A stretch of DNA of 64,000 nucleotides from an uncultured delta proteobacterium (GTDB lineage: Bacteria; Myxococcota_A; Polyangia; Polyangiales; Polyangiaceae). How positions within the stretch are numbered: position 1 is the first letter of the stretch; each line of letters opens with the position of its first letter. Below, one piece after another: positions 48,039 through 60,788 of the stretch. A model generated the notes under the pieces. That model saw only the letters and a program-made list of their open reading frames with translations. It had not been told where the DNA came from and did not search any database. The DNA lies in contig CAVOKF010000007.1 of the NCBI GenBank assembly GCA_963696385.1, positions 160,001 to 224,000 on the forward strand, in the 5' to 3' direction. The position numbers were made by a program, and so were the translations under genes.

Positions 48039-48544
48039 CAAAAACCAGTCCGCAGGGAGAGCCCCCCGCCAGACCCGATCGGCGCGACCCCGATCTGCGT
48101 TTCCGGCTGGAGGTCGCCCTGGTTGGAAAGCAGTAAAAACGCGCCCACGCCGAGGCCCACCGCGGCGAGGGCCCATGTCCCGATGTTCCATCCGGAGGTG
48201 TTCGCGATGCCAGCGTCGGCATTCAGTCCGGCGGGGGAGCAAGCCTTGCTGGCGTCGCAGTGGGCGTCCCTTACGCTCTTGTCGTGCAGCATGATGACCG
48301 ATGTCACGGCGGCGACGAACCCGGCTGACGTTCCGACCCCCATGGCGAACCAACCGCCTAGAAGCGCTCTATCGCGCGCGTCCTGAGCCCGTCGCGTCTC
48401 GACCCGGGCCGGCGAAGCGGCCGATGAAGAGGCACCCTCGGCGACCCACGTGCGCGCTGGAGCGACAGCCGGGAGGGACCCTCGAGGTGCACACGCGGCC
48501 AGCCAAGTGCAGGTCACTATCGTGCTAGAAAGGCGCTGTTTCAT
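48038..48544 (-). CDS. Myxobacterial membrane/lipoprotein
   Basis: LAA-C, two hydrophobic helices, C-terminal GGGLSLRTGF; same architecture as the C-terminus of 62300-63244. Confidence 0.6.
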   Translation of the reverse strand: MKQRLSSTIVTCTWLAACAPRGSLPAVAPARTWVAEGASSSAASPARVETRRAQDARDRALLGGWFAMGVGTSAGFVAAVTSVIMLHDKSVRDAHCDASKACSPAGLNADAGIANTSGWNIGTWALAAVGLGVGAFLLLSNQGDLQPETQIGVAPIGSGGGLSLRTGF

Positions 48545-48681
48545 GGGGCCAGGCCGCGCAAGTTAGCACGCGAGCGCGCGCTGCCCGACCCGAGGCGACG
48601 ACTACCGCCTCGTCGGATCCAGCCTAGACGGCGTGGGCAGAAAAGCTCGCCCACGAGCTGTCGACCGACGGGGCGGGCCCG

Positions 48682-50379
48682 TCAGGCGGAAGGGGCGACG
48701 TCGGGCCGCTCGCGTTCGGCGCTCTTGGTCTCGAAGCTGCGGCGCAGTTCGGGCAAGTTGGCGGCGAGGACGCTGAACTCTCGCTTGGGCAGGGCGAGCA
48801 CGTCCATCGCCTCGGCGCACCGCACCGTGGCATTGCGCGTCGCCATGTGAAGCAGCGCCATCTCGCCGAAGTATTCTCCGCGGGCAAGCGTAGCGAGTTT
48901 CGATCCGCCCCGGAGGACGTCGGCCTTGCCGCTCAAGATGATGTACACACGGTCTCCCACGTCGCCCTCGTGAAAGACCTCTTGGCCCGGCTCGAAGTGC
49001 TCTTGGGTGACCCCCACCGAGCTGCCGAGCCGAAGCTGAACGAGCTCGGGCGGCAGGAAGAGGTCGAGCGTCCACGAGGCGGCGATTTTCACGCGCCGCG
49101 CCCAGCCGGGGACCTTCAACAGATAGATCGTCCTCCAGAGAAACCATGCGACGAATCCGGACACCGGAATCCCGAAGACTTCGGCGACCGCCGACCGATG
49201 CCCGAGCGACCCCATTTTGCCGAGCCCCTTGAACGCGAACGCCTTGAGCGGGCCGCCGCGCAGGCGGGCGACGATGTTTTCGGCCGCCGTGCTCGCCTGG
49301 CGGATCGCGTGCTGCGCCGTCGGCGGTGCGAACCCGCCGCCGGGAGCCGGCACCATCGCGCAGTCGCCGACGGCCCAGAGGTGGTCGCTCCCTTTGAGCG
49401 CGAGCATCGCGTCGACTTCGATGCGTCCGTTCTTGGTCTTGGGCAGGGGCAGCGCGTCGACGAGCGGGTGGGCCGACGAAGGAACGGTGGAAATGATCGT
49501 CTTCGTCTCGAGGACCGTCCCGTCCGCGAGCAGCGCGCCGTCGCCGGTCGCGGCCGTCAGCCGGGCGTGCAGCAGGATTTCGACCCCGCGCTCGGTCAGA
49601 ATCCGCGCAGCGAACGCCGCCAGTTTGGCGCCCATCTCCGGCAGGATGCGATCTTGCGAGTGCACGAGCACGACGCGGATCTCCTTGGGGTCGATCCCGC
49701 GGTATTGCGCCGCCACTTCGCGCACGAAGTCGTTGAGCTCGGCGCACACCTCCACGCCCGAGAAGCCGCCGCCCGCGACGACGAACGTGAGCAGCCGCTT
49801 GCGAAGAGCCCGGTCGTGCTGCTCGATCGCGGCCTCTTCGAGGGCGCGGATCACGTGGTTGCGAAGCGTCAGCGCGTCGCTCAGCGTCTTGAACGGGAAG
49901 GCGTGCTCGGGTAGCCCTCGCAGCCCCCGAAAGTCGGTGACGGTTCCGAGCGCGAAGACCAAGTGGTCGTACGGCAAGACGTGCGGGTGCGGGTGAAAAC
50001 CGGTGCTCGTCGTGATCGTCTTGTTCTTCAGGTCGATCGATTCCACTTCCCGCACGTGGAGCTCTGTCTTCGGCAAGATGCGCCGGATCGGGCTGACGAC
50101 GTCGACGAGGCCGATCTGCCCGGAAATCACTTCGGGCAGCAGCGGCTGGAAGACGAAGTGATTTTCCTTGTTGATGAGGACGATTTCGAAGTCGTCCCGC
50201 TCGAGCGCCTCGAGCGCCGCGCACGTGTAGACGCCCGCGAACCCGCCGCCCAACACGACGACGCGCTTCTTGTTGGGGTCGTGCACGCGCACCATGACGG
50301 CGGGGCGGCGGCGTGCGCCGAGGACGAGAGCCGCGAACGCGGTGGCGACGGCGATCGTGGCGAGGACGGCGTAGGGCAT
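48682..50379 (-). CDS. Type II NADH dehydrogenase-like FAD oxidoreductase with C-terminal cNMP-binding domain
   Basis: GGGFAG, FQPLLPEV, VAGGGFSGVE, WAVGDCA, PTAQHA; C-terminal VFHEGDVGD.VYII..G, GEYFGEMALL...RNATV. Confidence 0.9.
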   Translation of the reverse strand: MPYAVLATIAVATAFAALVLGARRRPAVMVRVHDPNKKRVVVLGGGFAGVYTCAALEALERDDFEIVLINKENHFVFQPLLPEVISGQIGLVDVVSPIRRILPKTELHVREVESIDLKNKTITTSTGFHPHPHVLPYDHLVFALGTVTDFRGLRGLPEHAFPFKTLSDALTLRNHVIRALEEAAIEQHDRALRKRLLTFVVAGGGFSGVEVCAELNDFVREVAAQYRGIDPKEIRVVLVHSQDRILPEMGAKLAAFAARILTERGVEILLHARLTAATGDGALLADGTVLETKTIISTVPSSAHPLVDALPLPKTKNGRIEVDAMLALKGSDHLWAVGDCAMVPAPGGGFAPPTAQHAIRQASTAAENIVARLRGGPLKAFAFKGLGKMGSLGHRSAVAEVFGIPVSGFVAWFLWRTIYLLKVPGWARRVKIAASWTLDLFLPPELVQLRLGSSVGVTQEHFEPGQEVFHEGDVGDRVYIILSGKADVLRGGSKLATLARGEYFGEMALLHMATRNATVRCAEAMDVLALPKREFSVLAANLPELRRSFETKSAERERPDVAPSA

Positions 50380-50433
50380 GGGCTTCCCGTGGAGTGCGTG
50401 GTGGCGCGAGGGTGGGCTCGCAGGGCGTGCGGG

Positions 50434-53073
<2,640 letters not shown>

Positions 53074-53339
53074 CGGGGCAGGATCTCCATCACGTGACCA
53101 TCGGGGTCAAGCCGCTCGCGATCGCCGGGCGGCCCGAGGTTCGCTTGCTCTCTCATCTTGGTCCCGTCTGCTCTGACCGGGCCTACGTGTCGGCGACGAC
53201 GCGGTTACCGGCGATCGCCCGCGTAACTTTTCCGCCCGAAAGTCGTACCCGGGCTGCACGCCTGCATCGGTAGACGGGGCGAGCCCGCAAGGACGTTCGG
53301 CGAGCCACGCCCGAAACCCGAAATGAGGAGACGAGAGGG

Positions 53340-54107
53340 ATGAAGCTCCGAGGAAAAGTAGCGATCGTGACCGGCAGCAGCCAAGGCATCGGCCGGGGAA
53401 TCGCCAAGCGTTTCGCGCAAGAAGGCGCGAACGTCGTCATCAACTACAGCAAGAACCCGGAACCGGCGCGCGAAGCGCTGGCCGACGTCGAGGCGGCAGG
53501 CGGCGCCGGGTTGATGCTCAAAGCGAACCTGGGCGACGTTCCGGAGATCCAGAAGCTCGTCGAAGACGCCATCGCGCACTTCGGCGGTGTCGACATCCTC
53601 GTCAACAACGCGGGTGTCGAGAGGCACGCCGCTTTCTGGGACGTCACGGAGCAAGACTACGACGCCGTCGTCGACGTGAACTTGAAAGGCGTCTTCTTCG
53701 CGACGCAGGCGGTGGTTCGGCACCTGCGCGACGCGAAGAAGCCCGGCCGGATCGTGACCGTGAGCTCCGTGCACGAGGAGCTGCCGTTTCCGAACTTCGC
53801 CGCATATTGCGCGAGCAAGGGCGGCGTGAAGATGCTCACGCGCAACCTCGCGATCGAGCTCGCCCCGTTCGGGATCACGGTCAATGCCGTCGCTCCCGGC
53901 GCGATCGAGACACCGATCAACCGCGCCCTCTTGAACGACCCGAAGAAACTCGGCCCGCTCCTCGAGCAGATCCCGCTCGGGCGCCTCGGTCAGCCGGAAG
54001 ACGTGGCCGGCGTCGTCGCCTTCCTCGCGTCGTCGGAGGCGAGTTACGTGACGGGGAGCACGTACTTCGTCGATGGCGGACTCACCTGGAATTACCAAGA
54101 ACAATGA
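53340..54107 (+). CDS. SDR oxidoreductase (glucose 1-dehydrogenase-like)
   Basis: TGSSQGIG, NNAG, SSVHE, YCASK. Confidence 0.92.
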   Translation: MKLRGKVAIVTGSSQGIGRGIAKRFAQEGANVVINYSKNPEPAREALADVEAAGGAGLMLKANLGDVPEIQKLVEDAIAHFGGVDILVNNAGVERHAAFWDVTEQDYDAVVDVNLKGVFFATQAVVRHLRDAKKPGRIVTVSSVHEELPFPNFAAYCASKGGVKMLTRNLAIELAPFGITVNAVAPGAIETPINRALLNDPKKLGPLLEQIPLGRLGQPEDVAGVVAFLASSEASYVTGSTYFVDGGLTWNYQEQ

Positions 54108-54471
54108 CCGCCCATGCGGGCGAGCTCGGATGCCGTCGACTTGGAGATCCGAACGCCACCTGCCCATGATGCCTACTCGCCTTGCGGCCGCTCGTGGCCG
54201 CCGGCGACCTTTCATCCTCGTCTTGCGACCGTCCATCGGAAATGACGGGAGCCCGCGACGAAGCGGTGGGACAAAGGGCGCAAAGGAGTTCTCGCCATGT
54301 CCCGTCCCCGTCTCCTCGATGGGTCCGTCGGCGGCGGAGGCGCGGCGGTCGCCGGCGTGACGTTCTACCCGTTCGCGTCGTTCGAGCCTGCCGTGCGCGA
54401 GGCTGCGCGCTGAGTCACGCTCGCCCGTCCGAGCCCGTGACAGCGCTCGCGTCTTGCATCAGAGTGCGCCG

Positions 54472-55582
54472 ATGCCCGCCGAACCAGACCCCAGCGCCCG
54501 GCCGCGGGCCGTCCGCGCGGCGGCCCTGCACGCGCTGGGCATCGGGACCGTCCTCGCCCTGCTGTCGGGGGCCATCGTCACGCTGGCGAGCAGCGCCCCG
54601 AGCGGCGCGACGTTCGCGATCGGCGTCAGCATCGGGATGACCCAGGTCGTGGTCGTCGGAGTTACGTCGGCGGCGCTGTTCACGGCGATCGATCCGCGGC
54701 TCAAACGCATGCCAAGGCTACGCCGCTGGGCGATCCTCGTCCCCACGCTGTTCGCCCTGTCGCTTTTGGGGAGCCTGGGTGCGGGGGCCATCCTGCTCGC
54801 GACCGGTGGCTCGGGCGGCGCCGGCGCCTTCGTCGTCCGGTGGCTTCCGGGCGCCGCGATCACGTGCGTGCTGACGCTGCTGATCGGCCTGTTGGTGCTG
54901 TCGTTCGACCGATTGCGGCAGCTCCAGCGCGCGACGGCGGCCACGCTCCACCAGGCCGAGATCGACCGGGTGCGGGCCCAGCGCCTCGCGTTCGAGGCGC
55001 GCCTGGCGTCGCTCGAGTCGCGCGTGCGTCCGCACTTTCTCTTCAACTGCCTCAACGCCGCCCTCGCGCTCATCCCCGACGACGCCGGAGCGGCCGAGCG
55101 CGTCATCGAGAGGCTCTCGTCTTTGCTGCACGCATCGCTCGAAGCCGATCCGAAGCTTTTGGTACCGCTCGGGCGGGAGATGGAGCTCGTCGCCGACTAC
55201 CTCGAGATCGAGCGCGTCCGGTTCGGCGAGCGGCTGCGCTTCTCGTTCAACGTCCCCGCCGGGCTCGAGTCGACCGAGGTGCCGCTCTTCGCGGTGCAGT
55301 CCCTCGTCGAGAACAGCGTGAAGCACGCCGTCGCCCTGAGCCCCGACGGCGGCTCGGTCCGCGTCGACGCGCACGCGCGCGAGGGCCGCATCACGATCGC
55401 CGTGGGCGACGACGGCCCCGGCTTCCCGGCCGAAGCGATCGACCCGGGGCATGGACTCCACACCCTGCGCGAGCGCCTCGCGGCCCTCTTCGGCGACCGC
55501 GCGAATTTCGACTGTGGGACTCGACGAGCGCGGCAGGAGCCGGGTCGCATTCGAGGTGCCGGCCGCAGCGGAGGCGCGATGA
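54472..55582 (+). CDS. LytS-type sensor histidine kinase; +1 indel at 55516-55518 fuses it to the response regulator in the ORF track
   Basis: TM helices, RPHFLFNCLN, YLEIE..RF..RL, LVENSVKH, D.G.G. Corrected end GLDERGRSRVAFEVP...* overlaps the regulator ATG (ATGA). Confidence 0.85.
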
Positions 55583-56352
55583 GCCGCGTGCTGCGCGCGT
55601 TCGTGGTCGACGACGAGGCGCTCGCGGTCCGGAGGCTGCGTCGCATGCTCGAGGCGACCGGCCGCGTCACGGTGGCGGGCGACGCGACGGATCCGCGCCA
55701 GGCCGCGCGCGCCATCCGGGACGCCCGTCCCGACGTCGCGTTCCTCGATGTTGAGATGCCGGCGTTGAGCGGCCTCGTCCTGGCCTCGTCGCTCGACGTT
55801 CTTCCATGGATCGTGTTCGTCACGGCCCATGCGCGCTACGCGCTCGACGCGTTCGGCGTGGCCGCGCTCGACTACCTCGTCAAGCCCGTGCGCAAGGCCG
55901 ATCTCGACCGCGCGCTCGACAAGGTCGACCGGGCGGTCGCGGTGCCCAAGGCGGCCGCCCCGTCCGTCGCGCTCGGAGCGTCCTTGTCCACGCCGGCCCC
56001 CGCCCAGCCGGGCCGCATCGCCGCGCGCTCCGGCGCGAAGCACATCGTGCTCGATCTGGCTCACGTCACCCACTTCGGTGCCGACGCCGGGCAGACCGTC
56101 GCCTTCTGCGGCGGGGCCGGCCTCGACGTCGACGCGACCCTCAACGCCCTCGAGGCCCGGCTCGGGCCGGGCTTCCTACGCATCCACCGCGCGGTGCTCG
56201 TGAACCTGGCCTGGGTGCGCGAGGTCGAGGCGCGATCGAGCGTTGGCGCGTGCGTGCGTCTGAGCGACGACCGCGCCACGGAATTGCCCGTGGCACGCGA
56301 CCGCATCCGCGATCTGAAGGACAAGCTGGGGATCGGCGATCCGAGGGGTTGA
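55579..56352 (+). CDS. LytTR-family response regulator
   Basis: GGAGG RBS; VVDDE, FLDVEMP, FVTAH, DYLVKP, FLRIHR..LVN. Confidence 0.92.
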   Translation: MSRVLRAFVVDDEALAVRRLRRMLEATGRVTVAGDATDPRQAARAIRDARPDVAFLDVEMPALSGLVLASSLDVLPWIVFVTAHARYALDAFGVAALDYLVKPVRKADLDRALDKVDRAVAVPKAAAPSVALGASLSTPAPAQPGRIAARSGAKHIVLDLAHVTHFGADAGQTVAFCGGAGLDVDATLNALEARLGPGFLRIHRAVLVNLAWVREVEARSSVGACVRLSDDRATELPVARDRIRDLKDKLGIGDPRG

Positions 56353-56364
56353 CGGGACACACGC

Positions 56365-58677
56365 ATGATCATGAGGAGCATGCGAGGAAGTTTCACGCTC
56401 GCCGCCGCGGTCGCCGTCGGAGCGCTCGCGATGGGCTGGGCGCTCCGGCGGCCTCGGTCCCCGACCCCCGTCGGTGCCCCTCCGAATGATCCGGCGTACG
56501 CGACGGCCATTCAACCCGTCCTCGATCGCCGCTGTGTCCCTTGCCACGCTTGCTTCGACTCGCCTTGCCAGCTGACGATGCAGTCGTTCGAGGGCCTCGA
56601 TCGCGGCGGCAACAAGGCCGTCGTGTACCACCCCGAGCGCCCGGTTCAGGCCGCGCCGACGCGCATGTTCCAAGACGCACAGACCACGGCAGCGTGGCGG
56701 GAGCAGTTCGGATTCTTTCCGGTCGTCGATCGCGCGAGCCCCGAAGATCTCGGTCGCTCGATTCTGTGGCGCTTCGTGAAACAGCGCGTCGACGATCCCC
56801 GTGGGGGCTTCTTCGACGTCGACCACACGACAGCGTGCCCCAGCAGCGTTTCGGAGCTCGATCGCGAGCTCCACGATCACCCGGAGCGCGGGATGCCCTT
56901 CGGCCTTCCACCGCTCGATCCGAACGAGCGGGAGGCGCTCTCCGCGTGGCTGCGTCGCGGTGCGGGCGGGCTGCCGGGCCACCCCCCTGAAGACGAGGAG
57001 GCGAAGCGGGCCATGACCACGTGGGAGGCGTTCTTCAACGGAAGCGACCCGCGCTCGCCGCTCGTCTCGGCGTACCTCTTCGAGCACCTCTTCTACGCGC
57101 ACCTTTACTTCCCCGACGTGCCGGATCAGTGGTTCCGTCTCGTGCGATCGCGCACACCGAGCGGCGCGCCCATCGACGAGATCCCGACGAGACGCCCGTA
57201 CGACGACCCGGGCGCCGTACCCTTCTACTACCGCCTTCGGCGAATTCGGGAGACGCTTGTGCTCAAGACGCACGCCCCCTACGCGCTGAGCGACGAGAAG
57301 CTCGCGCGCCTTCGCGCACTGTTCTACGACTCGCCGTGGGTGGGGCACGGGTCGTGGACGCTCGATCGAGCGAGCGGGAACCCCTTCGTGACCTTCGCGG
57401 CGATTCCGACACGCGCGCGATACCAGTTTCTCCTCGACGACGCGCACTACCACGTGCAGACGTTCATTCACGGCCCCGTGTGCCGAGGACAAGCAGCACT
57501 CGACGTCATCGACGAGCACTTTCTCATCTTCTTTCTCACGCCAGAGAGCGATCCGGCGATCACGGACCCTGGGTACCTCGCGCAGATCGCCCCCGATCTC
57601 GAGCTGCCCGCCGAGAAGGGGCAGAGCATTGCCGCCTTGTCGCCCGGCTTCGATGCGAAGGAGCTCCGATACCTGCGCGCCGAGGTACCCCACGCGCGGC
57701 CTCGGACGCTCGCCGACGTGTGGCATGGGGATGGCTCAAACCCCGACGCGGTCCTCACCGTCTTTCGTCACTACGACAACGCGTTCGTGCTGCGCGGCGC
57801 CGTCGGGGGCATGCCGAAGACGGCGTGGGTGCTCGACTACCCGACGTTCGAGCGCATGTACTACGACCTCGTCGCGGGCTTCGACGTGTACGGCAACGTG
57901 ACCCACCAAGTGGCCACGCGCCAGTACATGAACTACCTGCGCATCGAGGCCGAGGGGCAGTTCTTGCGACTTCTGCCGGCGAGCGAGCGCGATCGCGTCT
58001 TCGGTGAGTGGTACCGGGGGCGCGTCGCGCGCACGCTCGGCGGCATCCACGAACGGGCCGGCGCGGGGCCCGAGACGGCCATCGCGTTCGCCGACCGCGC
58101 GCGTGCGAAAGAGGGGCTCGTCACGTTGCTGCTGACGAAGGAGCTGCCGGCGGCCGTCGTCGGTCCGCGCGAGCCGATCCAGTGGCCCGACGCGGCCTTG
58201 GCGAGCGACCCGCTCCGCGCGCGCTTCGAGCGTGCGATGCGCGACGTCGCCGGGAAGCCAGGGCCCAGTGTCGCGCCCTTTCCCGATACGGCGCTGCTTC
58301 GCGTAAAGGGCGCGAGCCAGGAGGACCTCGTGTACACGATCGCGCGAAACCGCTCGCACACCAGCGTCGAGTACATCTTCGCCGAAGGGGTCGAGCTCAA
58401 GCCCTCGGAAGACACGCTCCAGATCGTGAGCGGCATCGCGTCGAGCCGGCCGAACCTGCTGCTCGTCGTAGACGAGCTGGATCTCGACGCATTCGTCGCA
58501 GCGTGGAAGGCGCTCCGGCCGGGCGACGGAACCTGGGGCCGATTCGTCGCACGATGGGGTGCGCGACGGAGTGATCCGGCGTTCTGGAGTGCGTTCGACT
58601 TCTTCACCGCAGCAGCGCGCGCGCTCGATCCCATCGGCGCCGCCGTGTTGGACCTGTCCCGCTACGTCAATGACTGA
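56365..58677 (+). CDS. cti: Fatty acid cis/trans isomerase
   Basis: RCVPCHACFDSPCQL heme motif, YLFEHLF.AHL, FIHGPVCRGQ.AL, VFRHYDNA, YYDLVAGFDVYGN. Confidence 0.9.
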   Translation: MIMRSMRGSFTLAAAVAVGALAMGWALRRPRSPTPVGAPPNDPAYATAIQPVLDRRCVPCHACFDSPCQLTMQSFEGLDRGGNKAVVYHPERPVQAAPTRMFQDAQTTAAWREQFGFFPVVDRASPEDLGRSILWRFVKQRVDDPRGGFFDVDHTTACPSSVSELDRELHDHPERGMPFGLPPLDPNEREALSAWLRRGAGGLPGHPPEDEEAKRAMTTWEAFFNGSDPRSPLVSAYLFEHLFYAHLYFPDVPDQWFRLVRSRTPSGAPIDEIPTRRPYDDPGAVPFYYRLRRIRETLVLKTHAPYALSDEKLARLRALFYDSPWVGHGSWTLDRASGNPFVTFAAIPTRARYQFLLDDAHYHVQTFIHGPVCRGQAALDVIDEHFLIFFLTPESDPAITDPGYLAQIAPDLELPAEKGQSIAALSPGFDAKELRYLRAEVPHARPRTLADVWHGDGSNPDAVLTVFRHYDNAFVLRGAVGGMPKTAWVLDYPTFERMYYDLVAGFDVYGNVTHQVATRQYMNYLRIEAEGQFLRLLPASERDRVFGEWYRGRVARTLGGIHERAGAGPETAIAFADRARAKEGLVTLLLTKELPAAVVGPREPIQWPDAALASDPLRARFERAMRDVAGKPGPSVAPFPDTALLRVKGASQEDLVYTIARNRSHTSVEYIFAEGVELKPSEDTLQIVSGIASSRPNLLLVVDELDLDAFVAAWKALRPGDGTWGRFVARWGARRSDPAFWSAFDFFTAAARALDPIGAAVLDLSRYVND

Positions 58678-58709
58678 GGGCCCCCTAGAGGCGGCCCGGG
58701 GGAATCTCA

Positions 58710-60302
58710 ATGCGAGTTTGTCCTTGCGATTCGATCCGCGACGCTCTGAGCTGGGCGCTTTTTTTGACCTTCGCCGAGGGCGTCAGCGCGTGCGGCGCGC
58801 CCGCGCGAGATGGGTCCGTATCCTCCGACGCGTCAACGCTCGCCGATGCAACCGTGCCCACCGACGCAGGCGCAACCCACGCGGGAAACGACGGAGGCCC
58901 GGCCTCCCCGGCGGACGCGACGATCGCGGACGCGCAACCGATGTGCGATGCAGGGGCCTGTGCGGCGTGCCCTGCCGGTCTATCGACGACGATCGCCGGC
59001 CGAGTCCTCGACCCCGCTGCCGCCAACCCCGTGAGCGGCGTTGTCGTCTTTGTCCCGGATCCGGCGGCCGCTCTTCCTGACCTATCCACCCCTCCGGCCG
59101 CGACCTGCGGGTGCGATGCACTCTATCCGTCATCGGTGCTCGCAGTCGCTACGACCGGCGTGGACGGGAGCTTCACGCTCGCCGACGTGCCGGCAGCGGC
59201 GATCGGCACGTCGGGATCCCTGTCGGTCGTCGTTCAACTCGGCAAATGGCGGATGGAGTCCCAGGTCCAAGGCGTCACGCCGTGCTCGGGCCAATCGATC
59301 GCCGATTTGCGATTGCCCGCGAGCGACTCCGAGGGGAGTCTCCCCGATATCGCGATCTCGACGGGCGGCGCCGACTCGCTCGAGTGCTTGCTGCTCCGGA
59401 TCGGCATCAGTCCAAGCGAGTACATGGGCGGCGGAGCCGGTGGAAGCCAACACGTCCACATATTTCGCGGATTCAACGGCGCCGACACGCTCCCGGCAGC
59501 GCCCGAGTCGTATGCCGCGCTTTACGACTCGCTGGCAGACCTCACTGCGCACGACCTCGTGCTCCTGTCCTGCGAGGGTCGCGAGACGACTGGGGGAACC
59601 CCAGGCATCCCCATGACCGGGCAAGCTCAGCAGAATCTATACGACTATATCCAAGCGGGCGGCCGAGCGTTCGCCGGTCACTTTCACGACGCCTGGTTCC
59701 GGCCCACGGACGATGGTGGAGCCCAAGGATTTGCGTCGAGCGACGTCGCCGACTCGGGCGTGCGCGTCGGCACATTTCAGGGCAACGCGTCGAACCCGGA
59801 GATGATTAACGACAGCCTGTCGTTTCCGGTCGACATCCTTACCGCCGAACCGGACGGGGCGCCGTTTCCGGAAGGGGTCGCGTTTCTTCAGTGGCTCACC
59901 GGCGTCGACGCGTCGAGCGGCGACCAGGTTGCCGAGTGGTTCGTGCGCGACAACGTCGTCACGCTCAACCAACCGCCCGCGAAGCAGTGGGCTCGCCTCG
60001 ACCCGAGCGTCACCCAGGCCTCCGTGCCAGGCTCCCCGCAGTACTTCTCGATCGATCTCGGCCGCAGCGCGACAAGTGTGCCGTGCGGCCGCATCGTTTA
60101 CAGCGACCTTCACGTGAGCGGCCCTCCCGGGCTTGCCGCGCCCGGCGTGCCGCCCGACTATCCCGATGCCGGCCCCGGCGGAGGCGGCACCGTGCCCGAC
60201 CAGTGCGCGGCGCACCCGCTGACGGCGCAAGAAAAGATGCTGGAGTTCATGTTGTTCAATCTGTCGTCTTGCCTTCAGCCTTCGGCGCCACCGCTGCGCT
60301 AA
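58710..60302 (+). CDS. Myxobacterial lipoprotein with carboxypeptidase-regulatory-like domain
   Basis: VSA-C; GRV.DP, QLGKWR, ADSLECLL..IGI, CGRIVYSD.HV, QEKMLEFMLF.LSSC. Confidence 0.7.
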   Translation: MRVCPCDSIRDALSWALFLTFAEGVSACGAPARDGSVSSDASTLADATVPTDAGATHAGNDGGPASPADATIADAQPMCDAGACAACPAGLSTTIAGRVLDPAAANPVSGVVVFVPDPAAALPDLSTPPAATCGCDALYPSSVLAVATTGVDGSFTLADVPAAAIGTSGSLSVVVQLGKWRMESQVQGVTPCSGQSIADLRLPASDSEGSLPDIAISTGGADSLECLLLRIGISPSEYMGGGAGGSQHVHIFRGFNGADTLPAAPESYAALYDSLADLTAHDLVLLSCEGRETTGGTPGIPMTGQAQQNLYDYIQAGGRAFAGHFHDAWFRPTDDGGAQGFASSDVADSGVRVGTFQGNASNPEMINDSLSFPVDILTAEPDGAPFPEGVAFLQWLTGVDASSGDQVAEWFVRDNVVTLNQPPAKQWARLDPSVTQASVPGSPQYFSIDLGRSATSVPCGRIVYSDLHVSGPPGLAAPGVPPDYPDAGPGGGGTVPDQCAAHPLTAQEKMLEFMLFNLSSCLQPSAPPLR

Positions 60303-60788
60303 AGCGCGTTCGATCCTTCGCGGCGAAACCGTTCAGGGTGGCGCTCCAGGTAGGCCAGCGCCAAGGTGCAGCCCCATGAAGGAGTCCCAGAGGCACAGGT
60401 CGCCCGCACGACGCGTCCGATCGCGACCCATGGATCGCATATCGCATAAGCGAGTTACGACGGCTCAGCCATTGTGGCGCGATTCCGTTTCGGGACGGTT
60501 CGGACCGCCAGGATGGCTACCTCATGGACGAACCGACGCAGCCCGATCGCGTTGTCGAGCCCGGCGCGCTCGCCGAGAAGGCTCACGTCGAACGCTTCCC
60601 ATAGGGGGTTATTTCCTGGGGATTCCCGGACACGACGTGGGCTTGGGCGCCGATTGCGCCAAACGGGCGAATGCGAACATTGTCTGTCGTGGGTCTCGAC
60701 GAGGGTTCAAATTTGTGTTTGCAATAACGGTGCGGGCCGGGGTCGGGCCCATCGCCGCTCCGGACGGTCAGGAAGGTGCAGCAAGGAA

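Noticed and set aside
54454..56352. Apparent 632-aa histidine kinase-LytTR fusion protein
   Set aside because: Removing one G at 55516-55518 gives a normal kinase end with an ATGA overlap, and the regulator has its own GGAGG RBS, so the fusion is probably an indel artefact.
60474..60788. 105-aa N-terminal extension of the Ser/Thr kinase
   Set aside because: Composition is not protein-like, and a GTG with an RBS at 60789 sits just before the kinase domain.
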